Shown here piece by piece: positions 29,975 through 39,820 of a stretch of DNA of 64,000 bases. This stretch comes from a bacterium (GTDB taxonomy: Bacteria; AUK180), in the NCBI GenBank assembly GCA_023133295.1, contig JAGLWT010000014.1:1259-65258 (forward strand), written 5' to 3'. A model generated the notes under the pieces. That model had not been told where the DNA came from. It searched no databases and worked only from the letters and a program-made list of their open reading frames with translations. Position 1 is the stretch's first letter. Every line of letters starts with the position of its first letter. The translations under genes were made by a program, and so were the position numbers.

Positions 29975-31313
29975 TGCCGCCTTCCTTGAGAAATTCTACA
30001 AGTGTGTCGATCTCTTCCTTGGTTCTTTTTTCGGTGATCGCCGTCATCAGTCCATTTTCACGCATCAATCCATCAAGCGGAATGCCGGGTGCTAATCCGG
30101 CATCAATGCCCTTTGATAATATCGCCGCTGGATCGGGTACATCAAATACTATTTCATTGAATATCCTGTTCTTCCTGAATTTGATCTTTATACCGGCTTC
30201 TTGTGCTTTTTTGACGGTATATGCTGTCAATTGCATGATCCTTTGTCCCAGTTTATAAAAGCCTTCCTTGCCCACAAAGGACATATAGATACTTGCCAGA
30301 AGTGTGTTCAGGCTTTGATTTGAACAGATATTCGATGTCGCTCTTTCTCTTTTTATATGTTGTTCCCGCGTCTGAAGGGTCATGACGAATCCTCTTTTCC
30401 CTTCCAGATCCACGGTTTCCGAGACTAATCTTCCGGGCAGCTGTCTGATATATTCTTTCTTGACCGAGAAGATGCCGAAGGTGGGCCCGGAGAAATAAAT
30501 GGGGTTTCCCATACTTTGTCCATTTCCTGTAACGATCTCAAATCCCAGTTCTCCCGGAGTTTTCAGAACCGATGAGACCATGGGGTAGAAGGCGGCTATG
30601 GGTATCGCCCCCTGAGCTTTTATAAGCTCTGCCATTTCTCCCATATCCTCGATCTGTCCATAAAAATTCGGATAGGAGAGTCCGACTCCGGCTGTATTTC
30701 CGTCCAATTGTTTTTTGAGAGCGGCGATGTCGGTATGGCCGTCGATCTCCGGTATCTCAACGATCTCAATATTTTCTTTGAATTGTAAATAGGTTTTCAA
30801 TACGGCAATATACGCGGGATTGACGGTGGAAGAGTAGATGAATTTTTTCTTTTTCCCACGAAACAGGCGAAATGCCATAAGAAAGGCCTCCGCGAATCCG
30901 CTCGCTCCATCATACATTGACGCGTTTGTGACGGGCAGCCCGGTAAGCTCGGACATCATCGACTGAAATTCCCAGATGAGCTGAAGAGATCCCTGAGCCG
31001 CTTCGGGCTGATAGGGAGTATATGCGGTATAGAATTCACTGCGGGATGAGAGTGCTGAAGAGATCGAAGGGATGAAGTGATCGTAATATCCTCCTCCGAG
31101 AAAGCAGGTCAGATCATTGCCCGTGCCGTTCTTCTTCTCATATTCATGGAATTTTCTGCGCAATTCCATTTCCGTCATCCCATGTTTATTTATTGAACCG
31201 TAATTATCTGTCAACGATGCGGGAAGGTCATTGAAGAGTTCTTCTATGGAATTAGCGCCTATGACCTTCAACATGGAAATTATATCGTCTTTTGATAATT
31301 GCGTGTACTTCAT
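29967..31313 (-). CDS. gcvPA: Glycine dehydrogenase (decarboxylating) subunit 1
   Basis: Typical GcvPA pattern. Overlapping start/stop with gcvPB. Confidence 0.85.
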   Translation of the reverse strand: MKYTQLSKDDIISMLKVIGANSIEELFNDLPASLTDNYGSINKHGMTEMELRRKFHEYEKKNGTGNDLTCFLGGGYYDHFIPSISSALSSRSEFYTAYTPYQPEAAQGSLQLIWEFQSMMSELTGLPVTNASMYDGASGFAEAFLMAFRLFRGKKKKFIYSSTVNPAYIAVLKTYLQFKENIEIVEIPEIDGHTDIAALKKQLDGNTAGVGLSYPNFYGQIEDMGEMAELIKAQGAIPIAAFYPMVSSVLKTPGELGFEIVTGNGQSMGNPIYFSGPTFGIFSVKKEYIRQLPGRLVSETVDLEGKRGFVMTLQTREQHIKRERATSNICSNQSLNTLLASIYMSFVGKEGFYKLGQRIMQLTAYTVKKAQEAGIKIKFRKNRIFNEIVFDVPDPAAILSKGIDAGLAPGIPLDGLMRENGLMTAITEKRTKEEIDTLVEFLKEGGNG

Positions 31314-31337
31314 CTACCTCTCCGAAAAAGGATAATA

Positions 31338-31703
31338 TTATAAAGTGGACAGGAAATCTTTATATGCCGCTTCGTCCATCAACTCATCAAGCTGTGTTTC
31401 ATTGAGGACCTTCACCGTGATTATCCAGCCTTCATTCTCGGGATCGGTATTTATCAATTCCGGCTGATCCGCCAGGGCATCATTGAAGGCGACTATTTCA
31501 ACATCCACGGGAGCCGCGAAATCCTCAGCCGCTTTGACGGATTCCAATGTTCCGATCCTCTCGCCCTTGTCGATGTTGCTTCCTTCCGCTTCCGCTTCTA
31601 CATATACTATATCGCTCAAATGTTCCTGAGCGTAATTGCTTACACCTACATGGTAAACATCACCCACTTGCTTGATCCACTCATGTGATTTTGTGAATTT
31701 CAT
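31338..31703 (-). CDS. gcvH: Glycine cleavage system H protein
   Basis: Lipoyl-lysine motif ESVKAA and the typical 121-aa length. Confidence 0.85.
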   Translation of the reverse strand: MKFTKSHEWIKQVGDVYHVGVSNYAQEHLSDIVYVEAEAEGSNIDKGERIGTLESVKAAEDFAAPVDVEIVAFNDALADQPELINTDPENEGWIITVKVLNETQLDELMDEAAYKDFLSTL

Positions 31704-31712
31704 GTTTCCTCC

Positions 31713-32819
31713 TCAATCCTTTTTGTATTGTTTCTTGTAAAACGGCGTTTTTACAATAACGGCCTTTTTATTTTTTCCTCTGATCGATATTTCGATCTGA
31801 GTGCCTCTTTTTCTATGGGACCGGGATACATACCCCAGGCCAAGATATTTTTCAAGAAATGGCGCGAAGGTCCCGCTGGTGACGATGCCGACTTCTTCAT
31901 CTCCGGCGAAAATCGCATAGCCATGCCTTGGAATAGCGCGTTCCTCCATTTCAAATCCGACAAGGGCCCTCGCCGGTTTATTCTCTATCTCTTTCAGAGC
32001 TCGGTCTTTTCCTATAAAATCCTTGTTGATATCCATTGCCCACTTAAGCCCGGCCTCAACAGGGGATGTCGCGTCATCAAGCTCATTGCCGTAAAGCATC
32101 AATTTCGCTTCAAAACGAAGAGTATCTCTGGCGCCGAGTCCGATGGGCAACAAAGCAGAATCCTTACCTGCTTCCATAATGTCAATCCACATCTTCTCCG
32201 CGGAAGCCGATGCCATATATATCTCAAATCCATCCTCGCCGGTATATCCGGTTCTGGATACGATAGCCGTTATCCCGTTATTAAATGTCAATTCGCGGAA
32301 ATGAAAAAAGCCGATCTTTCCCAATTCAGAAACTACCGTTTTCTGCAGTATCTTCTCCGCATTCGGGCCTTGAATGGCGATCTGGGCAAAATTCGCAGAT
32401 TCGTTCTCAACGGCAACATCATAATCGGCGCTCTTTTTCACAACCCAGTCAAAGTCCTTTTCAATATTTGAAGCATTGACAACAAGCATTATTTTACTTT
32501 CATTGAATTTATAAGCCAGGAGGTCATCGACAATGCCGCCTTTGTCATTGCACATGGGAGAATAACAGATCTGATAGTTTTCAAGGGAGCCAACGGAATT
32601 GGTGATAAGCATGTCGACGAATTTGACGGCTTCAGGGCCGTGAATGATGAACTCTCCCATATGCGAAACATCAAAGATCCCGGCATTGGTCCTTACGGCA
32701 ATATGCTCTTCTTTGATGGAAGAAAAACGGACAGGCATTTCCCAGCCCGCGAAGGGAACAATATGTCCTCCATTCCGCTTGTGTATATCGTGAAGAGGCG
32801 TTCTCTTTAAATCCTCCAT
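31713..32819 (-). CDS. gcvT: Aminomethyltransferase (glycine cleavage T protein)
   Basis: GcvT similarity. AGGAG lies before the ATG at 32819 ([13 protein letters not shown]…). The ORF-track start at 32906 is an upstream in-frame extension. Confidence 0.85.
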   Translation of the reverse strand: MEDLKRTPLHDIHKRNGGHIVPFAGWEMPVRFSSIKEEHIAVRTNAGIFDVSHMGEFIIHGPEAVKFVDMLITNSVGSLENYQICYSPMCNDKGGIVDDLLAYKFNESKIMLVVNASNIEKDFDWVVKKSADYDVAVENESANFAQIAIQGPNAEKILQKTVVSELGKIGFFHFRELTFNNGITAIVSRTGYTGEDGFEIYMASASAEKMWIDIMEAGKDSALLPIGLGARDTLRFEAKLMLYGNELDDATSPVEAGLKWAMDINKDFIGKDRALKEIENKPARALVGFEMEERAIPRHGYAIFAGDEEVGIVTSGTFAPFLEKYLGLGYVSRSHRKRGTQIEISIRGKNKKAVIVKTPFYKKQYKKD

Positions 32820-32949
32820 AAATACTCCTATTAAGAGAGATTTTCCATTAATTTTTATATTATACATCTTATTGGGGAGAAATTCAAGTAAAAAATGACT
32901 TCGCAACTACAAAAATACTTCGCTTAAAGAAAGATATGTAGGGATAATG

Positions 32950-33535
32950 TATGTGCCGATTCATAAATACGATGACAATCGGTGGTAGGAGCACAAGTGC
33001 ACAAGTGACAAGAGCACAAGTGCACAGGTTGATAGGTAAATAAGAAGGTCGAGATCTATAGAGAAATTGATATTTGATTTTCTTCACATTATGCACATCC
33101 GTAACCGTAAAACCGTTATTTCGCTTAACCCATTAATTTTCCTGTCACAATCATATCACGCCGTACCCCAAACTTCGCAGAGCACAAGGCACAAGAGCAC
33201 AAGGGACAAGTGGGTAACGAAAATTGAATAATGGGAGAATAATCGTAGGGACAGGGCTTGACCTGTCCGCTGTCATCTTGAGTGAAACGAAAGATCCATC
33301 TTTCTCGACCTTTAACTTTTAAACTTTTCTCAGTAATTGTCCATTGTCAATTGTCCATTGTCAATTATTTTGATCCCCACACTTCTTCGAATCTCACTCC
33401 CGTGCAGTTTACGCCGATTACATCGGGGATCGGGAATCCAGTTTTCCTCCCTGTCATGCAGAGCCACAGGCGTGGCATCTAGGATTTCTTTCATTCTTCA
33501 TTCTTCCTTGTTCACTGTTCACTATTCACTTCTCT
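32950..33535. repeat. Composite intergenic repeat locus A
   Basis: GCACAAGT octamer array (32991-33029), CACAAG array (33181-33213), the 28-bp hairpin motif (33241-33268), a 14-bp ATTGTCCATTGTCA x2 unit (33346-33377) and a CATTCTT/CACTGTT heptamer array (33489-33535). It shares modules with the other intergenic repeat loci. Confidence 0.7.
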
Positions 33536-33633
33536 ATAAGCCTCGACCCTCTATTTATGAAACAGAACATTTTTTGGATGTTATGTAACCTTTGTTCTCC
33601 CGCAATCGTTGTATTGGTAAAGCGGAGGTAGAT

Positions 33634-34149
33634 ATGAAAAAGACGCTTGTACTGTTTTTTGCTTTGTTACTGTTTGCTGCTGCACCCTTTGCGAAGGGAA
33701 TGACCGGGAAAAGAGCTGATGCTATGCCGGACCATGGAAGATTCGAGCCGGGCGAGAGGATACAGAAGTTTTTGGACCTCTCCGATAAGCAGGTTAAGGA
33801 GATGGAAAAACTCCACATCGAGAAAAGAAAGAAATCCCAGAAAATCCGCATAGGTATTCAAAAATTGCGCCTGGAGATCAAGGAACTTCTTCTTGAAGAC
33901 AAGATCGATTACGCGAAAATGCTCACATTGGAAGAGAAGATCAACGCCTTGAGATTAAAGCAGGCCAAGGATCGTATCGCACATCTGAAAAAGGTAGAAA
34001 AGATCCTGAACAAGGAGCAGTTCGATAAGTTCAAAATGCACCTTCAGAGAGAGAGAAAGAAGGGATCCCACCGGGATCACCACTCTTCTGGAAAACGCAA
34101 AGATGGCAAGGATTCCGGCCATCGCAAGATGAACCGTTCTAACGGCTAA
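33634..34149 (+). CDS. Periplasmic Spy/CpxP-like (LTXXQ-motif) stress protein
   Basis: Signal peptide, two LxxxQ motifs (LSDKQVKEM, LNKEQFDKF) in helical repeats, and a basic His-rich tail. GGAGG before the ATG at 33634. Confidence 0.5.
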   Translation: MKKTLVLFFALLLFAAAPFAKGMTGKRADAMPDHGRFEPGERIQKFLDLSDKQVKEMEKLHIEKRKKSQKIRIGIQKLRLEIKELLLEDKIDYAKMLTLEEKINALRLKQAKDRIAHLKKVEKILNKEQFDKFKMHLQRERKKGSHRDHHSSGKRKDGKDSGHRKMNRSNG

Positions 34150-34220
34150 TATTCTGATTCGTAAATGCCATGACAATGGAAGGCGTAGTCTGAAGTGTGA
34201 AGTGTGAGGTGTAAAGTGGG
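34144..34220. repeat. Post-stop conserved motif (TTCTGATTCGTAAATGCCATGACAATGG) plus a GAAGTGT heptamer array
   Basis: Begins 1 nt after the stop of the Spy-like gene. The motif recurs at 32955, 34508 and 35056. The heptamer array GAAGTGT GAAGTGT GAGGTGT AAAGTGG is the reverse complement of the array at 45790-45831. Confidence 0.6.
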
Positions 34221-34533
34221 AACCAGGATGAAATAAAACTGGATCCCACGGTCGCCAACTCCCTCTGGATGACACTTTCCACTTCTTTATTTTCCTTCCC
34301 GCATCCGCTCCACGGGAGCCCGGCAGCGCCGGGCGACCACCCCAAAAGAGTTTTGAGCAGTTTAAGCGACATTGACATTTTTAACGGCCGGACTGAATGG
34401 TGGCGCAGCCGAAAATATCCAATTGTCTGAGTGAGCTAAAACGAACGAGTTTTGGGATTTTAATGAATGATGGCCGTGGTGAATATCGCTGCAAAAAATG
34501 ACATCCAGTGTTCTGATCCCTAAATACAATGAT

Positions 34534-34572
34534 AATGGAATGTTTAGATTTGAGTCAATTCCAACGAACAAT
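34534..34572. repeat. 39-bp perfect direct repeat, copy 1 (AATGGAATGTTTAGATTTGAGTCAATTCCAACGAACAAT)
   Basis: Identical to 35082-35120. Preceded by the GTGTTCTGAT…AAATACAATGA motif. Confidence 0.8.
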
Positions 34573-34809
34573 GAGCGCAGCGTACCCTCTGCGGTCCGAG
34601 AGCGAAGAGTGAGGAAGAAATTTACCAAAGATGATATTCCCTTCGGGCTGATGCTCTTTTTCTGTCTTTTTCGTTGCTCGTTACTTACATACCGCAGGGG
34701 GTATGCGGCGCTCCTTGCGCCTTGAATACGGAACAAAAATACCATCAGCCATTGTTCATGTATTTATGGATCAGAGCACTCTAGCAAAGACGGATCAAAA
34801 CTCAATCAA

Positions 34810-34840
34810 TTGAAATATATTATTTTATTCTCCGTATAAT
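34810..34840 (+). promoter_or_regulatory. Candidate sigma70 promoter TTGAAA-19 bp-TATAAT upstream of the pspC-like gene
   Basis: Perfect -10 and a good -35, but a suboptimal 19-bp spacer. GGAGG and the ATG at 34859 follow. Confidence 0.35.
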
Positions 34841-34858
34841 TCAATGAGCGGAGGAAAT

Positions 34859-35056
34859 ATGAAAAAAATGTACCTGTCTCGAGATGATAAAAAAATTAAC
34901 GGTTTCTGTGGAGGCCTGGGTGAATACCTTGACTTAGATTCAACATTGATCCGTTTGATATTTCTGCTATTGGGTATCGCCACCGGTGTCCTGCCAATGC
35001 TTATTTTCTACATCATTGCGGGGATAGTTGTTCCGGTCAAACCTGAAACCCCTTAG
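34859..35056 (+). CDS. PspC-domain membrane protein
   Basis: MYLSRDDKKINGFCGGLGEYLDLDSTLIRLIFLL… matches the PspC domain. One C-terminal TM helix. Confidence 0.6.
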   Translation: MKKMYLSRDDKKINGFCGGLGEYLDLDSTLIRLIFLLLGIATGVLPMLIFYIIAGIVVPVKPETP

Positions 35057-35252
35057 TGTTCTGATTCATAATTAACTTGACAATGGAATGTTTAGATTTG
35101 AGTCAATTCCAACGAACAATAAATAGCAAGTGACCTAGTGAACCAGTGGACCCAGTGGAACACGCTGCGCGGAGCACAAGTGACAAGTGCACACGAGCAC
35201 AAGCGAAGCAGAAGTACGAGGCCTATAGGGAAGTGAATAGTGAATAATGTGG
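35056..35252. repeat. Composite intergenic repeat locus
   Basis: Post-stop motif GTGTTCTGATTCATAA…TTGACAATGG, copy 2 of the 39-bp direct repeat (35082-35120), AGTGACC/AGTGAACC/AGTGGACCC units, a GCACAAGT-type array (35174-35200) and AGTGAAT x2. Confidence 0.7.
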
Positions 35253-37318
35253 AAAGAGAAAGGAATCACACTCGTCATTCCCGTGAAAGCGGGAATCCAG
35301 GGATCTCCCCATCCCTCACCTATCAACTTATCACCCTATCACCCTGCAACCCTGCGATCTATTTCTCCCTCATTCTTTTTCTGATATTTTCAAGCGCATC
35401 ATTTGCTGCGGATTTTTCCATATCTGTACATAAACCCGCATCTTTACCAGTGATCGACGGAAAGATCGATGCCGTATGGAGCGAAGCGGATACTATCACG
35501 GATTTTGTACAGCGGACGCCGGATACCGGTGAGCCGGAGACGAATCCCACCGAGGTTAGAGTATTATATTCAAAAGAGGGCCTGTATCTGCTTTTTATCA
35601 ATCATGACGGCCAGGACGGCAAACCGCCGTCACTCGGTGAGATCGAACAAGTAAATTCTTCTGATCAGATCTCTATTCTGATCGATCCATGCAATGACGG
35701 CGCCACGGGATATTACTTCGCTGTACTGAGGGGAAATTCCCATATCGACGCTTACTTTGAAAATGGAGGGATCTTTAATAAGAACTGGAACGGAGTATGG
35801 TACTCAGAGGTTACTGAGATAGATGAGGGCTGGACCGCAGAAATATACATTCCTTTTAAAAATCTTCCATTACAGGGGAAGACGGATACCTTCAGGATCA
35901 ATTTTTTGAGATTTCACTTCAACAGTCAGGAAAATACTACCTGGTATCCTCTGTATTCCTTTGAATCCTCGACCAATATGGATAAGAGCGGTACTCTCCT
36001 TTTTCCGGAGAAGCTTTCACCCTTATTTGATATCAATCTGGATCCGTTCGTGCTCGCAAAGAGCGACCTCGCGGGGGAAAGCTCATATGATGCTGGACTG
36101 TCACTGGATCTTTCAAAGGGAAAGGCATTGGATGTCGGCCTGACGATCAACCCCGATTATGCGCAGATAGAGGCAGACACACTTCAATTCAACTTTTCCC
36201 GCTTTGAATTATATTTACCGGAGAAGCGTAATTTCTTTACCTCAGTGACCCAGTATCTTCCACCGACACATGTTTTCTATACAAGGAGGGTGGTGAAGCC
36301 CCTGGTCGGAGGAAAGGTCCTTTACAGAAAAAATGATGATCATGCTTTCTTGATGTACCTTAAGGACAATGAGGGAAATCACGGAGATTATCTGATCGGC
36401 TCTCTTAAAAAATCGTTTTTGAAGATGTCCGATATCGGGCTGTTTATCAATGGATTTAATACTGATGCCGCATCGGGCATGACGGGTTATGCGGTTATGA
36501 ATTTAAGATTTTCCAGATATTCGGGAACAACTTCGTCGCTCACATTTTCAAACACCGGTACTTCCGGTTTCGGCGCGTTTCAGAATTACTATTACAACTC
36601 TAAATATCTCAGCTTCAACGCCCATGTGATCTACAATGGCGATGACCTTGATTCGCCCGAGGGCTACTTCTTTGACGCCGGTCAGACACAGGTATTCTCA
36701 TCCCTGAATTTAATGAGGTATAAATCTTCTTTTTTCCATACTCTTTATGCCGGGCTGAACGCCAATTTGAGGGATTATCACGACAGTGAGGACCATTCCA
36801 TATCCGGCAGCGCGTATCTTACATTCGTTTTTTATGATTTCAGCACCCTTTCTGTGAACGGTTCGCTCGGCAGAGAGAGATACGGTGCTTCCATGAGTGT
36901 GAATAACTTAAGTGCGGCATTTGCCTCTCCTACATCGCTGCCGCTGAGATTCTCCGCGGTATTTTCAATGGGAAAGCGTGCCGATTATTATAATTTATCT
37001 TCTATTTCCTATAAGACCCTTACCTTCGACCTTGCCTTTTCGCCTACGGGTACCTTGAAATTCGCTTATGGAATAAGTTACGATACGACGCTTCCTTTGT
37101 CATATTCGGGCGGGAACGAAAACCATCTTTTCTACGGACTGTGGTATCTTACCCCTAAGATGTTCGTTCGGGCAAAACTGCAGATGAATACATTGTATAA
37201 TAGGGAAATTTACGAGATCCTGTATTCCTGGGAAATTCTTCCCAGGGCCTTTCTATATCTTGCTGCCCGAAGGGATCTGCAAGAGGGGAATTCACTGATC
37301 TTCAAGATAGTAATATAG
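35240..37318 (+). CDS. Secreted CBM9-like / DUF5916-like beta-rich protein
   Basis: After a hydrophobic signal-like segment, VIDGKIDAVWSEADTITDFVQRTPDTGEP…TEVRVLYSKEGLYLLF resembles the CBM9-like N-terminal domain of the DUF5916 family. A long beta-rich C-terminal region ends in an aromatic-rich segment. The 5' end lies inside repeat DNA, so the true start is uncertain. Confidence 0.5.
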   Translation: MNNVERERNHTRHSRESGNPGISPSLTYQLITLSPCNPAIYFSLILFLIFSSASFAADFSISVHKPASLPVIDGKIDAVWSEADTITDFVQRTPDTGEPETNPTEVRVLYSKEGLYLLFINHDGQDGKPPSLGEIEQVNSSDQISILIDPCNDGATGYYFAVLRGNSHIDAYFENGGIFNKNWNGVWYSEVTEIDEGWTAEIYIPFKNLPLQGKTDTFRINFLRFHFNSQENTTWYPLYSFESSTNMDKSGTLLFPEKLSPLFDINLDPFVLAKSDLAGESSYDAGLSLDLSKGKALDVGLTINPDYAQIEADTLQFNFSRFELYLPEKRNFFTSVTQYLPPTHVFYTRRVVKPLVGGKVLYRKNDDHAFLMYLKDNEGNHGDYLIGSLKKSFLKMSDIGLFINGFNTDAASGMTGYAVMNLRFSRYSGTTSSLTFSNTGTSGFGAFQNYYYNSKYLSFNAHVIYNGDDLDSPEGYFFDAGQTQVFSSLNLMRYKSSFFHTLYAGLNANLRDYHDSEDHSISGSAYLTFVFYDFSTLSVNGSLGRERYGASMSVNNLSAAFASPTSLPLRFSAVFSMGKRADYYNLSSISYKTLTFDLAFSPTGTLKFAYGISYDTTLPLSYSGGNENHLFYGLWYLTPKMFVRAKLQMNTLYNREIYEILYSWEILPRAFLYLAARRDLQEGNSLIFKIVI

Positions 37319-37364
37319 TATTTGAAAAAAAGTTTATTTTGTAGTATATTCATACAGGGTATAG

Positions 37365-38045
37365 ATGAATACAACAAAAGCCTCCCACATAAACATTGAT
37401 GAGTTTAGAAGGAAGTACGGTGTAGTCCATCCCTTTTTCAAGGCTAAGATCCCTATCGTCAAGTCGTCGGAAGCGGAATCCTATAAGGATATCAAAATCC
37501 CTGTCTTAAAACCATTCGGCCCAGCCAAGGCTCCTACCGTGATCACTCCCGCAAAGTTCTTAAAGAGCGAGTCCGGAATATTGAGTTGCTATGTGATATT
37601 TTGGGAGCCGTATATTCAAGCACAATGCGGAAATCGTTTGAGAGATACCTTTGACATATCATTAAAAAGAGGTACCGACTGGGGCAGGAAGTTTAAATTC
37701 CCTTTCAGTGACATCCGCCTTCTTGACCTCTATAGCGAGCTTAATAACGCTATTGCGAAGAAAGACAGATTGGAAATTCTACATAAGCGTCAAGATATCA
37801 AGAATCTCCTCTCCAGAAATGAATATGAGTTCCTCATTTGGTACGAATGGAAGCTGGGCATGAAAAAGCATCTCCTGTATCTGGGATCGAAAAAGGCATT
37901 ATTGCCATTCAACGAACCTGAATATGAGCGTTCATTGGATCGTGAAACACTTGGAGATATGGGTTTCCTGCATATCCGCTATCTTGAATCCCGGGAGCGT
38001 TACATCTCCTGGAATCCCGAAAAACTTTTTTACCGCATCTTTTGA
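37365..38045 (+). CDS. Hypothetical protein (226 aa)
   Basis: Good coding character and no recognisable domain. Confidence 0.4.
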   Translation: MNTTKASHINIDEFRRKYGVVHPFFKAKIPIVKSSEAESYKDIKIPVLKPFGPAKAPTVITPAKFLKSESGILSCYVIFWEPYIQAQCGNRLRDTFDISLKRGTDWGRKFKFPFSDIRLLDLYSELNNAIAKKDRLEILHKRQDIKNLLSRNEYEFLIWYEWKLGMKKHLLYLGSKKALLPFNEPEYERSLDRETLGDMGFLHIRYLESRERYISWNPEKLFYRIF

Positions 38046-38084
38046 TGCAAGAGATAGATATCAGAAACCGATTCGGTACAACAA

Positions 38085-39107
38085 TTGGGGAATGAGAGAA
38101 TGAGTAGTCACGCTGCCCGTAAATATTTTATCACCCACCTATTGAAAATTTCTCTCATCAGTATTATAGCCGGAGGAACATTCCCTGTGCTGATATTTGG
38201 ATGGCATCCTGTTACTTTCTTTCAGGGCGCGTTTATCGGATTCTCCGTAAGTTCTTTGATGACCATGACCTTCCACTTCATCATTCACAGATATCTTAGA
38301 AAAATGAGGTCATTGGTCGCGAGTATTATTCAGAACCTGCTCCTTACCGTGATCATCGTCGGATCCATATGGCTGGCAGGTATTTTATTCAAAAGTGAAA
38401 CGGTTACACTGTCTCCTAAAATATTTCTCGCCCTTGTTATATTTTCCTTTGCGATCACCTTCCTGATCTCATCAATTGCCGAATTGCAGCGTCTTCTCGG
38501 GTCTCGGGCGTTTTCAAATATAATCTCAGGGAAATATCTGCATCCCAAAGAAGAGGATACCATCTTCATGTTCCTGGATATAAAGGGCTCCACAACACTT
38601 GCTGAAGAGATGGGAAATAAGCAATTTCTCTCATTTCTGGATGATTTTTTCATCGCGGTGACGGATCCTATCCTGAAGAGTAAGGGCGAGATATACAAAT
38701 ACATCGGTGACGAGGTCATCATTACCTGGAGCATGAAAAACGGTGTCAAGAATAATAATTGTGTCAGATGCTTTTTTGACATTCAGCATCTAATAGGCAC
38801 AATGAATGGCAAATTCCAAGCCGGCTACGGCAGCATTCCTGAATTCCGCGCATCCGTACACTGCGGACGCGCGACGGTCGGGCAGATGGGGCTGATCAAA
38901 AGCGAGATCACTTTTCTCGGTGATGTGGTGAATACAACTTCAAGGATAATGGGGGAGTGCCGGAAATATGGCAAGGATCTGATAATCTCGGACGATATAT
39001 TTCAAAAGCTTTCTTTGAAAGAGGAATATACGGTCAATGATTTGGGCGACATCAGTCTCAGAGGTAAACATAAGCTTGTCCGGCTGGTCTCTGTGGAGGA
39101 AAAATGA
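38085..39107 (+). CDS. Membrane-anchored class III nucleotidyl (adenylate/guanylate) cyclase
   Basis: Four N-terminal TM helices, then the cyclase domain (FMFLDIKGSTTL…, YIGDEVIITW, …GDVVNTTSRIMG). Confidence 0.7.
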   Translation: MGNERMSSHAARKYFITHLLKISLISIIAGGTFPVLIFGWHPVTFFQGAFIGFSVSSLMTMTFHFIIHRYLRKMRSLVASIIQNLLLTVIIVGSIWLAGILFKSETVTLSPKIFLALVIFSFAITFLISSIAELQRLLGSRAFSNIISGKYLHPKEEDTIFMFLDIKGSTTLAEEMGNKQFLSFLDDFFIAVTDPILKSKGEIYKYIGDEVIITWSMKNGVKNNNCVRCFFDIQHLIGTMNGKFQAGYGSIPEFRASVHCGRATVGQMGLIKSEITFLGDVVNTTSRIMGECRKYGKDLIISDDIFQKLSLKEEYTVNDLGDISLRGKHKLVRLVSVEEK

Positions 39108-39799
39108 GTAAGCTTTTTTCGGCTCTTCTCAGGATCTTTGCCGCTGTCTTATTTACATTTGCCGCGTTTCTCCTGGCTTCAGTTGCGATAACGCTTATAC
39201 GGCCCGAGCCCGGCCATCCATGGGCATTTGGCTTTATCAATCATATTTCGATGCTGGTTTTTACGCTCGTAATGGCTTTGATCTTATCTAAAGGTAAGCT
39301 TTCTGAGTATGGTTTCAAGCTGCCGGTGAACTTTCAGCCGATCAAGATGATGATTTTCGGTTTGGGAATCGGTATTGGAGGTGCCACATTATCCGCATTA
39401 ATAATCCAGCCTCTTACCCCTATGTCAGACTCCATGATGAGTACGGGATTTCTGCACATCTTGCTCTTTGTGTGGCTCATCGCAAGCATCTGTGAAGAGG
39501 TACTCTACAGGGGACTTATCCAGAGCTTTCTTTCTCCGTTGTCGAAATACGGATTTACTATTATCAGATTCCGCATTAGCATTCCGGTGCTTATCGGGGC
39601 ATTTCTCTTCGGAGTAATGCATATGATGCTCCTTACTATGGGAATGGATTTTGCTTTTGTATTGTCGATCGTGATACTTGCGTTCATTATGGGAGTTGTG
39701 GCAGGTTATTACCGTGAGAAGACAGGAAGTCTCATATCCGCGATCATTGTACATATTTTCGCGAATATCGGAGGGTATCTTCTCTCTAAATGCGGGTAG
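39104..39799 (+). CDS. CPBP-family intramembrane metalloprotease (CAAX protease / Abi family)
   Basis: EExxxR motif (EEVLYRGLIQSFL), FxxxH motif (FGVMHMM) and a terminal His (HIFANIGG). Overlapping stop/start with the cyclase gene. Confidence 0.65.
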   Translation: MSKLFSALLRIFAAVLFTFAAFLLASVAITLIRPEPGHPWAFGFINHISMLVFTLVMALILSKGKLSEYGFKLPVNFQPIKMMIFGLGIGIGGATLSALIIQPLTPMSDSMMSTGFLHILLFVWLIASICEEVLYRGLIQSFLSPLSKYGFTIIRFRISIPVLIGAFLFGVMHMMLLTMGMDFAFVLSIVILAFIMGVVAGYYREKTGSLISAIIVHIFANIGGYLLSKCG

Positions 39800-39820
39800 G
39801 AAGGAGGTTCGAGGCTTTGC

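Noticed and set aside
31728-32471. 247-aa ORF on the + strand
   Set aside because: Entirely antisense to gcvT, which has unambiguous homology. No ribosome-binding site, and low complexity.
34139-34745. Minus-strand ORFs 34139..34378 and 34362..34745, and + ORF 34498..34725
   Set aside because: They lie in the repeat-rich intergenic region between the Spy-like and pspC-like genes. There are no ribosome-binding sites, odd composition and no homology. I tested the GC-rich stretch 34290-34440 by eye for an RNase P RNA / tmRNA / SRP RNA (only a partial CCGGGCUCC resemblance to the RNase P P4 region) and could not support any of them.
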